Below are positions 9,975 through 19,173 of a DNA stretch of 64,000 nt, piece by piece. A program made the translations under genes and the position numbers. Source of the DNA: a virus. Below the pieces are notes generated by a model. It did no database searches, was not told the origin of the DNA, and saw nothing but the letters and a program-made list of their open reading frames with translations. Numbering within the stretch: position 1 is the stretch's first letter; each line of letters starts with the position of its first letter. Location of the stretch: the IMG/VR virus record IMGVR_UViG_3300032236_000443, positions 1 through 64,000 of that record; one strand, given 5' to 3'.

Positions 9975-10693
9975 TGTGCACCACGTAGGTCTGCACCAAG
10001 TATAGGAACTCTTACGAAGGCTTCATTGGCGAAACTGCCCATTGCTTCTCCGTATTTTGCTTCCCAGTTCTCTAAGCGAACATTTGTAGTAACAATTGTT
10101 GGTAAACCTTTGTCATAACGAAGTCTGAGGATTTCGTCAAAAGAAGTATCGTCGTACTTAGAACCATACTCTTTACCAAGGTCATCAATAACCAAGATAC
10201 GAACATTGAGCCAATCAAACTTAGAGCGACCATGCAGACCGTCAATCTCGTAGTTCATCTCACGCTTGTCTTCGCCATCAGCGTCAAAGGTGGACTTCTT
10301 ACGAGAAAGAAACTCTGGGTAGGTCATGTAGTAGATAGGGCGCAACCGAATGCCGTAGTCAGATGGATTGACATGCAGAAGGCGTGCAGCCTTCCCATCT
10401 TCATCAGAGAGGCGACGGATTACCTCCATGGCAGCGACTACGGCATGGGTTGTCTTACCTATCCCAGGACCTCCATCGAAGACTAAGCCAACGCCATTGA
10501 CTCCGATGTTGCCAATTTGCTTTACGACGTGACCATTCACCACATCATCAATCCAGTTACTTACCTCATCAGGAAACGAACCTGCACGGTCAATAATGTC
10601 CTGCGGTTCCAACCCAATGAAGCGGTGTGGAATGTTGGAGTTTCTAAGAAGCCAGTGCTTCTTGAGTGGTGACAAAGTGTTTACGTCGTACAT
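9971..10693 (-). CDS. dnaC: DnaC/IstB-like AAA+ helicase loader
   Basis: GGPGIGKT, LVIDDLGKE, R-Y-x-x-x-LPTIVTTN. Confidence 0.9.
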   Translation of the reverse strand: MYDVNTLSPLKKHWLLRNSNIPHRFIGLEPQDIIDRAGSFPDEVSNWIDDVVNGHVVKQIGNIGVNGVGLVFDGGPGIGKTTHAVVAAMEVIRRLSDEDGKAARLLHVNPSDYGIRLRPIYYMTYPEFLSRKKSTFDADGEDKREMNYEIDGLHGRSKFDWLNVRILVIDDLGKEYGSKYDDTSFDEILRLRYDKGLPTIVTTNVRLENWEAKYGEAMGSFANEAFVRVPILGADLRGAQ

Positions 10694-10710
10694 TAGCCCT
10701 CGCTATTTGT

Positions 10711-11001
10711 TTAGTTGTTGTCGTCTAATTCGTACTCATAGATTCCGCCGTAGCGAAGTCCGATATTAGTAAAGACATAGCCAATCAACAACATGACATC
10801 TCCGTAGAAACGAAGGACACGGTTGTTAGTTGGGTATACAAGTTCTAGAGGCTTAATCTCTTGAACTACTTTTTCCTCTACAACTTTAGGTGCGACTGCC
10901 TTCTTTGCTGCTGCCTTCTTAGGTGCAGCCTTCTTTGCAGGAGCCGCCTTCTTAGCGGCAGTCTTCTTAGTGGTCATTGGACCTGTAGGCATAACAGCCA
11001 T
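10711..11001 (-). CDS. Protein with histone-H1-like PAKKAA repeats and a hydrophobic C-terminal segment
   Basis: KKTAAKKAAPAKKAAPKKAAAKKA followed by VMLLIGYVFTNIGL. Confidence 0.65.
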   Translation of the reverse strand: MAVMPTGPMTTKKTAAKKAAPAKKAAPKKAAAKKAVAPKVVEEKVVQEIKPLELVYPTNNRVLRFYGDVMLLIGYVFTNIGLRYGGIYEYELDDNN

Positions 11002-11309
11002 TATGCATCCACCTTGTACTCTAGAACACCAGAGAATGCAGTCGGCTTGCTGGTCTCTTTGTTGGTGTTAGTAATGTTCATCTTTACCGACTTGCGTGGT
11101 GTGTGCTTCAAAACCATTGTCTTAACCCAACGCTTTGCTGCTGAAGCATTCTTCCAAGAAGAGTATTCGCTAATACCTTCTGCTGGTTGAATTGAATTGA
11201 GGCTTGTGCCTGCTTCCTTCTGAACGCTAACGATTGCTAACCAACCGCCAGCCTTCTCAGGATTTAGTTCGATAGTTGCAACAAACTTTGCTGCTACTTT
11301 TTTTGCCAT
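11001..11309 (-). CDS. Hypothetical protein
   Basis: 102 aa, RBS AGGAGG. Confidence 0.75.
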   Translation of the reverse strand: MAKKVAAKFVATIELNPEKAGGWLAIVSVQKEAGTSLNSIQPAEGISEYSSWKNASAAKRWVKTMVLKHTPRKSVKMNITNTNKETSKPTAFSGVLEYKVDA

Positions 11310-11389
11310 TTGCGTATTCCTCCTAGGATTAGGTTTGTTCCAGTTAAAGTTCCAACTACTACCATTGCATAACCAATAATAGTTTTCAT
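11294..11389 (-). CDS. 31-aa membrane microprotein
   Basis: Manual translation MKTIIGYAMVVVGTLTGTNLILGGIRKWQKK; ATGA-coupled to the upstream ORF. Confidence 0.45.
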   Translation of the reverse strand: MKTIIGYAMVVVGTLTGTNLILGGIRKWQKK

Positions 11390-11532
11390 GCTTGTTCCTT
11401 CCACATTTCCATCATTCTCTTACCAGTCTCACTAATAGCAAAACGTGGTTCAAGATTTTCGTCGTAAGAAACAGTGATTGCATTTATTTTAAACAGATGC
11501 ATCAACGCTTCTGTTAACTCATCGTTTGTCAC
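11386..11532 (-). CDS. 48-aa hypothetical protein
   Basis: Manual translation from GTG: MTNDELTEALMHLFKINAITVSYDENLEPRFAISETGKRMMEMWKEQA; fills the gap, with a GAGG RBS. Confidence 0.55.
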   Translation of the reverse strand: MTNDELTEALMHLFKINAITVSYDENLEPRFAISETGKRMMEMWKEQA

Positions 11533-12487
11533 TGAGCCTCTTCTCGTGACGCTCTAGTTGTGCACGACCAGATAAGGAATTCTGGAAAGTACGTCCGTCA
11601 CTTGCGACCAGCCTAGCAGATGTTGGCTCTGTGTCTATTTTCGCATTGACTCTGCCGAGGCCAAGGTTTTCTCTTGCCTGATTCATCTTCTTGCCAAAAG
11701 AAGCAAGGAACATTTTGTATAACCAAGGTGCTTCGTCGCCTATGTTCTTGAAATTGCTCTCATCCGCCATGAACAGGCGTAGCAACTCTAGTTCGATGAG
11801 TGGGGTTGTCTCGTATTGCTTTCTAAACTTTGCGAGTGCTCCTGAGAGTGTTTTGACGTTGACGGTACCTGGAAGTAACGGGTACTTGCGACCAACTTGG
11901 AAACTAAATTCTGCCGCCACATCCATCGGTGTCCACTCGTGCTCTGGGCGTCGCCCACGTGTTTTAGGGTCGGACTTACGTATCTTGGGCTGTGGGGCGT
12001 CCTTGGGTTCAATGAGTCCAAAGCCTGCCAAATCGTCTCCATCATCCTCATATTTTCTCATAGGAACTTTAATCTCCTTTGTAAAACCTTCGGTTTTAAT
12101 ATCTTTTAATTTATAACTATCTTGGCTATTAGGTACTAATGGCTTATTGGCTATATGGCTAATCCGACTATTAGTCACGTTACCACCTGTTGGGTGGACA
12201 TTAGAGTTCCCTACTGGGTGGACATTACGGTTCCCTATCTTGATGAGGGATGGACCCTGGAGTCCACCCCCTTTCTTGACTACAGTGCGGGTAATCAGAC
12301 CTGCCTCTTCTAGGGCTTTGAGGCCCCTTCTGACGGTCTTAACATGGACGTTGCCAGTATGTGCACAAAGTTCGCCTGCTGAGACCCGCAGAGAGCCTTT
12401 GGCGCCCGCTAAATGGCATAGCACGACTAGGAGACGGAACTGGTAATCGGTAAGTGAGGCTGTAAACGCCTCAGAAGGTATCTGCAC
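11519..12487 (-). CDS. Replication initiator-like protein (N-terminal winged HTH)
   Basis: LTDYQFRLLVVL...ELCAHTGNVHVKTVRRGLKALEEAGLITR; internal DNA direct repeats; upstream of the DnaC-like loader. Confidence 0.7.
   Translation of the reverse strand: MQIPSEAFTASLTDYQFRLLVVLCHLAGAKGSLRVSAGELCAHTGNVHVKTVRRGLKALEEAGLITRTVVKKGGGLQGPSLIKIGNRNVHPVGNSNVHPTGGNVTNSRISHIANKPLVPNSQDSYKLKDIKTEGFTKEIKVPMRKYEDDGDDLAGFGLIEPKDAPQPKIRKSDPKTRGRRPEHEWTPMDVAAEFSFQVGRKYPLLPGTVNVKTLSGALAKFRKQYETTPLIELELLRLFMADESNFKNIGDEAPWLYKMFLASFGKKMNQARENLGLGRVNAKIDTEPTSARLVASDGRTFQNSLSGRAQLERHEKRLSDKR
12191..12238. repeat. Two 24-bp direct repeats (candidate origin iterons) inside the initiator gene
   Basis: TGGGTGGACATTAGAGTTCCCTAC / TGGGTGGACATTACGGTTCCCTAT, next to an AT-rich tract at about 12080-12175. 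Confidence 0.7.
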
Positions 12488-12496
12488 GGCTTTAGG

Positions 12497-13090
12497 TTAC
12501 TCTTCGTCCTTAAAGGGTGAGATGTTGCGTTTGGTCTCTGAGTCAATGATGTGCTCAGCCACCGCCTCGCTTAGTGAGTCCATGACCGTGGAGGCTACGA
12601 AGGCTGAGAGCAAATCTACGAACATGCCAAGGTGCTTGAACATCTGGTCATGCAGTTCGTTGCTGCTCATGTCCGCATAGTCATCTGGCTCAATCTCCAG
12701 AATGTCCATGCCGTCAGTAATGTCCCATGTCTCAACGGCAAGGTCTTCCACGGTGTGCAAGGCAAAATGGGCTTGCGGCGAGTCATCCCACACAATGCCA
12801 AGTGCGTCAGAACTTCCCAGTTGGTGAAGTACTTCCTTAACAGGGTTATCAATGACGGTAATGTCATCTGCTTGAGTGAGGAACTCATCAAGTCCTTCAG
12901 CAGTGGTGAAGTAGCAGTGAATCTTGATACCGTTTTCTTTGCAGGTTCTAATAACGCTGTCTGTAAATTCCTTATCCTTTTTCAAGATAGGAAGAAGAAC
13001 CGTTACATCTTCTGAGCCGTAGTTTTCTAACAAATCTTCTATGCCCAATGAAACATCAATGTCTTTAAATGAAATAACTGCAATCTTCAT
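12497..13090 (-). CDS. Hypothetical acidic protein
   Basis: 197-aa ORF with RBS. Confidence 0.75.
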   Translation of the reverse strand: MKIAVISFKDIDVSLGIEDLLENYGSEDVTVLLPILKKDKEFTDSVIRTCKENGIKIHCYFTTAEGLDEFLTQADDITVIDNPVKEVLHQLGSSDALGIVWDDSPQAHFALHTVEDLAVETWDITDGMDILEIEPDDYADMSSNELHDQMFKHLGMFVDLLSAFVASTVMDSLSEAVAEHIIDSETKRNISPFKDEE

Positions 13091-13099
13091 AGCGCCCTC

Positions 13100-13363
13100 T
13101 TAAAGTCGTGGTAGTCGTGGGTTAATTACCTGTGCTGGTTTGTTGAGTTGCTTACCGATAAACAGTGCAACAAAGATTGATGCTGGAACCGCTACGATAA
13201 GTGATAGTCCCCAATAATTTAGCAGATAGAAACCGCCAACGCTAAGAGGGAGAGTTAAAAACTTATTGAGGAAGGCTCGTGAAACAAAGCCAATATCAAC
13301 AAGTTCTAAGATGTAGGTAAGGGCCATGCCCACCATGAGTACTGCCAAGATATAGTCAACCAT
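13100..13363 (-). CDS. Small 3-TM membrane protein (holin-like)
   Basis: Three hydrophobic stretches in 87 aa; TAGTCT -10 box 7 nt upstream of the ATG. Confidence 0.55.
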   Translation of the reverse strand: MVDYILAVLMVGMALTYILELVDIGFVSRAFLNKFLTLPLSVGGFYLLNYWGLSLIVAVPASIFVALFIGKQLNKPAQVINPRLPRL

Positions 13364-13373
13364 GTGGCTGAGA

Positions 13374-15344
13374 CTACACGTCTAGAACGGTATATTCCAA
13401 TCCTGCTGGAGTGGTGATTCTCCACCAGCAGTTGATAGGTACCCACTCATTGAGCGTCTGCGCTAAACGGCGAATCTTAGTTGCCTTACCTGGGTAGTAA
13501 AGCGTTGGAGAGTTATGGGCTGTTCCTTGCCAAATTGCTCCGTAAGAGGCTGGCAATGAACCGTCAAAGTAATCTGTTGGAGCAAAGGTATCTTGACCTT
13601 GAACCATGTCTAAGTACACAGTGCCAGCATTTCCTACCAAAATTGTCAGGTAAGCATGGTGTGCAGTACTTTCGGTGTCAACAAGCGCTGTAACGTATTG
13701 GCGTGTCCAAGTTGGGCTTACAACACCTGGGTTACGCACTGTAGTTAAATAACTATTGTTCACATCGTACAAGTCCAAGACCATTTCAAACTCTGTTATG
13801 TCACTTGACTTAATGTAGGTAGAAGCACAGAAGAATGAGCCTGGTTCTACTGGGATTGGTGAACTTGCTTGAAGAGCCCAGTTACCTGTTGCGTGAAACT
13901 TGCCACTATATGAGCCAGGAAAACCTTCATTAGGTATATCTGTGCTCTGCTCAAACGTTACGCTTTGCAATGTCCATCCAGCAGCATCTACCTCAAAAGA
14001 AGGGTTATTGATGTAGTTTTCTCTGGTAGGCAATAGATTGAGGGTAAGTGCTCTAGCCTCATCGTAAGAGTAAACAGGTCCTGGTTGAACTGATATTTGG
14101 TCAACGTAATAAGTTCCAGCAGCACTAAATATAAGTTCAATACCAACATAACTGTGAGAACCAATTTCATCTGCATCTGCTACTGATGTGACGTGCAATT
14201 GTTGCCAAGTATTGTTAGCGGACAATGGTGAACTTGAGTGAGTTGTGTAAGTACCGTCATCTGGGTCATACACATGCATCACTACTGTGACTGTTCCAGA
14301 ACTTGCTGGGGACTTAACCATTAGCCCAATTGTGTAAGGAAGATACGGAAGAGAGAGACATGGCACACCTTGAAGAAGGTAGTTGTCCATACCCAACTTC
14401 ATACTTCCAGCACCTGTTGCGGTTACCTTACATGTCCAAGTTTTATCAATTGTTTTTGCTTGAATGCTTGGGAGTAACTCTTCGGTTGCAGTTAAAGTTA
14501 AAGTAGAGTCTGATACCCAACGACCAATAGAGTTGTAGAAAGTTGAGTCTTGAATGCTAAGCATTAGGTTTGGAGAAACAGTTCCTACTGGAGCAAATCC
14601 AGTTAACGCTTCTGCGTAGTTTTGAACTCCTAACAATGTTCCTTTGTTTTGATATGAGGGAATTGCCTCACGGATTAAACGACGTTGGTTTGCTGTAGGG
14701 ATAGTTGGCTCTTCTGTAAGGCCAAGGCTTAAAAATTCTGCCTCAATAGTTTTAGAATTTGCGTAGTCTGTGTTGTGGGATGGACGAATCATTTTGATTT
14801 GAGTTTGAAGTTGCTCGTAAGTAAACGCCATACCATCTAAAAACTTGTATAAATCAGAGGCTGGGTCAACAACGCCAAGAGGACTAAGTTCTGGAGTAGT
14901 AAATACACGTGGCAGTAAGTTCATCACCTTTTCGGTAGCACCCGTGTTATCTGGCACTACGTCGGTAATCTGTCCTGCACGTACCCACTCATTATCTACG
15001 GTGTAAAGAAAAACAGAGTAAAAAATGTTTCTGCCAGGAAGAATTTTAACCTGTGTTGGGTTTTCTTCTCCATCACTAAATGAAGTTCTAACTGAACCTT
15101 CTAGACTAGAACCATCCGAAGACAGTAGTTCATAGATTACAAGTCCATCTTCTTGATTTTCTGGAAATCCGTTTTGGTTTCGTACAAGACGAAAACGTGT
15201 GAAGAATCCAGTAGGTGGTGACCAAGTAATTGAGGCTTTATCGAACTGAAGAACCGCAGTAGACATAGGTTCTACAGAAAAGTTTAATCTAGGGGTAGCA
15301 CCATACGTTGCTCCACCATAGACAATGTCACCATACTTTGACAT
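13374..15344 (-). CDS. Baseplate wedge/tail protein (P2 gpI-like) with carbohydrate-binding-like domains
   Basis: LLPRVF...LYKFLDGMAF...RRLIREAI..YQNKGT core, followed by NLMLS and NYINNPSFE CBM-like repeats. Confidence 0.75.
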   Translation of the reverse strand: MSKYGDIVYGGATYGATPRLNFSVEPMSTAVLQFDKASITWSPPTGFFTRFRLVRNQNGFPENQEDGLVIYELLSSDGSSLEGSVRTSFSDGEENPTQVKILPGRNIFYSVFLYTVDNEWVRAGQITDVVPDNTGATEKVMNLLPRVFTTPELSPLGVVDPASDLYKFLDGMAFTYEQLQTQIKMIRPSHNTDYANSKTIEAEFLSLGLTEEPTIPTANQRRLIREAIPSYQNKGTLLGVQNYAEALTGFAPVGTVSPNLMLSIQDSTFYNSIGRWVSDSTLTLTATEELLPSIQAKTIDKTWTCKVTATGAGSMKLGMDNYLLQGVPCLSLPYLPYTIGLMVKSPASSGTVTVVMHVYDPDDGTYTTHSSSPLSANNTWQQLHVTSVADADEIGSHSYVGIELIFSAAGTYYVDQISVQPGPVYSYDEARALTLNLLPTRENYINNPSFEVDAAGWTLQSVTFEQSTDIPNEGFPGSYSGKFHATGNWALQASSPIPVEPGSFFCASTYIKSSDITEFEMVLDLYDVNNSYLTTVRNPGVVSPTWTRQYVTALVDTESTAHHAYLTILVGNAGTVYLDMVQGQDTFAPTDYFDGSLPASYGAIWQGTAHNSPTLYYPGKATKIRRLAQTLNEWVPINCWWRITTPAGLEYTVLDV

Positions 15345-15347
15345 TTA

Positions 15348-16643
15348 TTATGCTCCGATAAGTAGAAGTGGGTTAAATGTTTCTCCTGAAACAGACACAG
15401 TAGACCAAGATGCTGTGCTTCCGTTAGTTGTTAGGTATTTTCCTGAGTTTCCTGATTGAGATGGAACTACGTAAGCGCTAGTTGTATCTAGGTTAACTGT
15501 TACAGAACCGCTTGTTCCTCCACCCGTAAGACCTGTTCCTGCAGTAACTCCTGTAATAGCAGAAGCCCATGATGCAATAGTTCCGTTTGTTGTTAAGAAC
15601 TTACCGCTGTTGGTTGATTGGGGAGGCAAAGAAAATTGTGCAAAGACAATGTTATCTGTGCCAATTTTAATTCCCTTGGCTGGAGATGTAGCAGTTCCGT
15701 AAGTGTTCATGATGAACCCTTGACCGCCGTTTACTGTTCCGCCAACGCAGAACACAATGTCTCCAGCGTTTACTTCTCCAGGAATGCTATTGTCGTAGTC
15801 AGTTGCACGTGTCAAAATAGCAGATACGCCAGTAGCACCTGCAGTAGTCAGCGTGTAAATACCGTTTTGAGTTTGTGTTGTTTGGTCTTTTACAAGAACA
15901 CGAGTGCCTACTGTAGATACTGTTACTCCATCAATAACTAGTGCTCCAAGAGCAGTCATAGTAAAGATAGCGCCAACACCAGTACCACCATCAGCACCAG
16001 AAGAACCGTTGGTGTAAGTACCGCTGAGCAAACCAGTTGTAGCAACTGCTACTGAGTTGTGAGTGTTAATACCATCTGCAATAGCGTCAACATACTGCTT
16101 GCTTACAATGCCGAGTGCAGTTGTTGGGTCTGCAGTAACTGTTCCGCTTGTAAGGTTAAGGCCAGAAATAGTAGTTACGGTAGCGCCAGAACCAATTGAT
16201 GTAGAGCCAATTGTTGGTGCAGTAAACTGGTTGATAGATGCCCAAGAAGCAGTTGAACCGTTAGTGGTAAGGAACTTTCCACTTTGAGTCAATTGGCTTG
16301 GTAAGAAGTTACCTGTTGTCCAAGAAAAGTCGTAATCTGAGCCAGAGTTCTTTACAAGTACTTGACCTGTAGTTCCGCCAGTTGGAACCATTGCGGTGTA
16401 GGCAGAGTGAACTCCGTATTCAATGTTAGCGATACGGTCTCTGATGGTGTTCCAGGTAGTTGTAGACTGGTCAAAAGCGCCTACCCATCCTGAAGAAGTA
16501 AGAGGAAGGTTTCCAATGGTGGTTTCTACAGCGCTTACTTCAGCACGAAGAAAGTTAACGTGTTCGGCAAGGACAGTAGTTGTAAAGTCAACTACGTCTG
16601 AGCCAAAGTTTCTGACGTTAGCAGGGTATTGGGCTGATGCCAT
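15348..16643 (-). CDS. Tail fibre protein
   Basis: GGTTGQVLVKNS, repeated PSQxxxSGKFLTTNGSTASW, RVLVKDQTTQTQNGIY domain, C-terminal FNPLLLIGA. Confidence 0.8.
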   Translation of the reverse strand: MASAQYPANVRNFGSDVVDFTTTVLAEHVNFLRAEVSAVETTIGNLPLTSSGWVGAFDQSTTTWNTIRDRIANIEYGVHSAYTAMVPTGGTTGQVLVKNSGSDYDFSWTTGNFLPSQLTQSGKFLTTNGSTASWASINQFTAPTIGSTSIGSGATVTTISGLNLTSGTVTADPTTALGIVSKQYVDAIADGINTHNSVAVATTGLLSGTYTNGSSGADGGTGVGAIFTMTALGALVIDGVTVSTVGTRVLVKDQTTQTQNGIYTLTTAGATGVSAILTRATDYDNSIPGEVNAGDIVFCVGGTVNGGQGFIMNTYGTATSPAKGIKIGTDNIVFAQFSLPPQSTNSGKFLTTNGTIASWASAITGVTAGTGLTGGGTSGSVTVNLDTTSAYVVPSQSGNSGKYLTTNGSTASWSTVSVSGETFNPLLLIGA

Positions 16644-16709
16644 TGTCTATTCCTCTCAAACCTATCGGTCTATTTTCTCTGGTTTGCCCACCATTTACTG
16701 CCTTAACTA

Positions 16710-17213
16710 CTAGCCATTGCGTCCGTGCGTGTGGCTTGGGGAGGTTCTTGTAGCCAAAGTAGTGTGAAGTGTGGTCAGTTGAGTTTCCAAAGAAGCAATT
16801 CTTGTTTCGTGGTCCTTGAGTTTGTTAGCCATAGCGATGATTGTGGCTGTCAAATCTACTTCTTTAGTTTTGTCTTGTTTGTTTACTAAAATTACGTAAG
16901 AAGTTATATCCGTTAAAGATACGGAATCAAGAAGGGGTTTTACTAATATTCTTTTACCCTTTACCTTATGGGTTCCAAATTCCCCAAAATACAAAGGATA
17001 GTTAGGGTCATCTTTTTCAAACTTTACCCATACACCTTGACCAACTTCTGGGACATAGACTCCATGCCCAGCAGGAACCATAGGCCAAGCCCAGTCTGTA
17101 GGTTCGCTGTGATGAGGAAGTTGTACTTGAATTCGACCTTGATTATTTGGGTCTTTGTTCTTTGCTACAACTCCACGATACACACCGTGTAACTTCTTAG
17201 AGGTATCGGACAT
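16710..17213 (-). CDS. Baseplate spike (gpV/gp5 OB-fold)
   Basis: GVYRGVV..NKDP..GRIQV..P..TDWA...PEVGQGVWVKFE..DPNYP; C-terminal HTH metal-binding tip motif. Confidence 0.88.
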   Translation of the reverse strand: MSDTSKKLHGVYRGVVAKNKDPNNQGRIQVQLPHHSEPTDWAWPMVPAGHGVYVPEVGQGVWVKFEKDDPNYPLYFGEFGTHKVKGKRILVKPLLDSVSLTDITSYVILVNKQDKTKEVDLTATIIAMANKLKDHETRIASLETQLTTLHTTLATRTSPSHTHGRNG

Positions 17214-18778
17214 TACGAAATAATTCCTAGACTGATATTTCCTTCTTGGATTCTAAGGATTTGTCCGTTTCCTGCCGTAACGGTACCTAGTCCTGATGAA
17301 CCACCTTGAAGATACATAACAGTTAACTTAGCAGTTTTAACGCCCTCTGTTTGTTGCAATAGATATTCAACGTCTTGAACTGTAAGGCTGTCTGCAAAAT
17401 CCATGTAGTAATAACTGTAGTCAGTAACTAACTTTGCCTTGATATTTGCAGCAACTTCATTGTTTGTGTACTGAGGAAGTGCAGTGTATTGAAGGGCTAA
17501 GATTACATCTTTGTAAGTTGGTGGCATAACTACAACAGTAGTTCCAATAAGTGCATTAGGAGCGATTGCTGCGTCTGTTCTAAGCGCTAAGTCAATCCAT
17601 GCAGGTGTAGGTGTGTACTCATCGTCTCCTAAACCTGGGTGTAAATCTGGGTCTCCAACAGGTCGGTAAGGAGCCAAGTAAAGAGTTACCGATGTCCACA
17701 CGCTTGAAACTGCTTGCGCTTTGCCAGAACCGCTGACTCCAAGAGCAAGATTCTTAAAGTCATTAAGAGTTACAGCACGAGTATTAGTACGTAGGTAAAG
17801 CGGTGCCAATGCACGGACAAGGTCTAGAGGCTCTGGTTCAGCACCGTCTAAACCAACACCATCGTTAGTTGGCGTAATAAATGATTGAATAGCAATCAAG
17901 TCGTTTGAAGAAACTCCAGGAATATATTCAATAGTTGTAATCTTTTGAGGAGTAATGTTTCCAATAGTTCCTCCACCTACCTGATACTGAACACGAATTT
18001 CAGCAAAGTTTGTAGGAATAAGTCCTGAAATACCGTTACCAAATTGAACGTATACATTGTTATTTGCGTCTTGGTATGAAGTGAATACCTGGTCGTATGG
18101 GCCATAGTCAATGATGTGCTGTACTTGCTTCCACTTTGAGTAGTGAGAAGGGCTACTCTTTACATACACATTTACAGTTCCATCTACTACTGGGTTTTCC
18201 AAAAGTTGGAATACTTGACCTGGAGTTCCATCGGAACTTCCTACTAACTCTCCGTAAGAATTGGCGTCTGGTGAAACCAACGTAACGCTACGACCTTCTT
18301 TAGCCGCAACTGAAGTTACGCCAGAATCAGAGCCATTTGGGTCAGATGTAATGTCTGTCTGTGTAGTGAAGTAAACTGTTTGCACAGTGTCACCAATAAC
18401 GATGTCTCCTGATACAACTGTTCCAGCAGGAAGTGAAACAACCGTTGAGTCTGAAGTATTTGTAAAAGTAACGGTTAAGTTAGCGCTTTGATACCCTGCT
18501 GGGATATAGCCGTAAGTCTGTGAAAGGTTAAGCACACTCTCACGTTGGGTAGCGGTAGCAATAAACGCTTCGTTTGCATTACGGTCAATGTAATACGACA
18601 TTAAGTCGCCAAGATAGGCAAACGCCTCTACTAGAGCAATACCAAAATCTGCTGGGTCACTTGCACCCCATGTTGGAATTCTGTCTTGAATACGGCTAAT
18701 TAACTGCTCACGAATGGAGTAGTAGTCACGACTAGTGTAGTCAATAGATACTGGTATATAGGATGGAGGTGTGCTCAT
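17213..18778 (-). CDS. Baseplate J-like wedge protein
   Basis: IDYTSRDY, DFGIALVEAFAY, ANEAFIATA, VQFGNGISG, RAVTLNDF. Confidence 0.92.
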   Translation of the reverse strand: MSTPPSYIPVSIDYTSRDYYSIREQLISRIQDRIPTWGASDPADFGIALVEAFAYLGDLMSYYIDRNANEAFIATATQRESVLNLSQTYGYIPAGYQSANLTVTFTNTSDSTVVSLPAGTVVSGDIVIGDTVQTVYFTTQTDITSDPNGSDSGVTSVAAKEGRSVTLVSPDANSYGELVGSSDGTPGQVFQLLENPVVDGTVNVYVKSSPSHYSKWKQVQHIIDYGPYDQVFTSYQDANNNVYVQFGNGISGLIPTNFAEIRVQYQVGGGTIGNITPQKITTIEYIPGVSSNDLIAIQSFITPTNDGVGLDGAEPEPLDLVRALAPLYLRTNTRAVTLNDFKNLALGVSGSGKAQAVSSVWTSVTLYLAPYRPVGDPDLHPGLGDDEYTPTPAWIDLALRTDAAIAPNALIGTTVVVMPPTYKDVILALQYTALPQYTNNEVAANIKAKLVTDYSYYYMDFADSLTVQDVEYLLQQTEGVKTAKLTVMYLQGGSSGLGTVTAGNGQILRIQEGNISLGIIS

Positions 18779-19173
18779 AGTGTCTCCTGGATTGGTGGAA
18801 GTGTGGCAGGTACAGTTACAATTCCAATAGTTGTAGAAGTTTGCTCAGAATTAGGTAGTGAGTAAGTAATGGTTACGCTAAGGGTAGTCGAATAATCGTC
18901 AAAAACTGTTTCTACAGACTCTAAAGTCAAGGGCCCAAGATACTTAGCAAATGCTCGTTCCACTTCAGTTTGAATGGTTGCCTCAGCATCGTCTGAAGTT
19001 TGCATGAATGCTTCAGGTACTAAAGTTCCAAACTCAGGGTTCATAAGGCGTTCACGGATGTTGGTTCCAACAACAGAGCGAACTCTGTCTGACCAAATTT
19101 TGCTCTGGTCTGTTGTTACACCTATAGAACCATAGGAAGTAACTTTAAATGGCAAAGATATAGAGGTTTCCAT
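18775..19173 (-). CDS. gp25/gpW-like baseplate protein
   Basis: ISLPF...TNIRERLMNPEFG motif; start adjusted to METSIS. Confidence 0.88.
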   Translation of the reverse strand: METSISLPFKVTSYGSIGVTTDQSKIWSDRVRSVVGTNIRERLMNPEFGTLVPEAFMQTSDDAEATIQTEVERAFAKYLGPLTLESVETVFDDYSTTLSVTITYSLPNSEQTSTTIGIVTVPATLPPIQETL

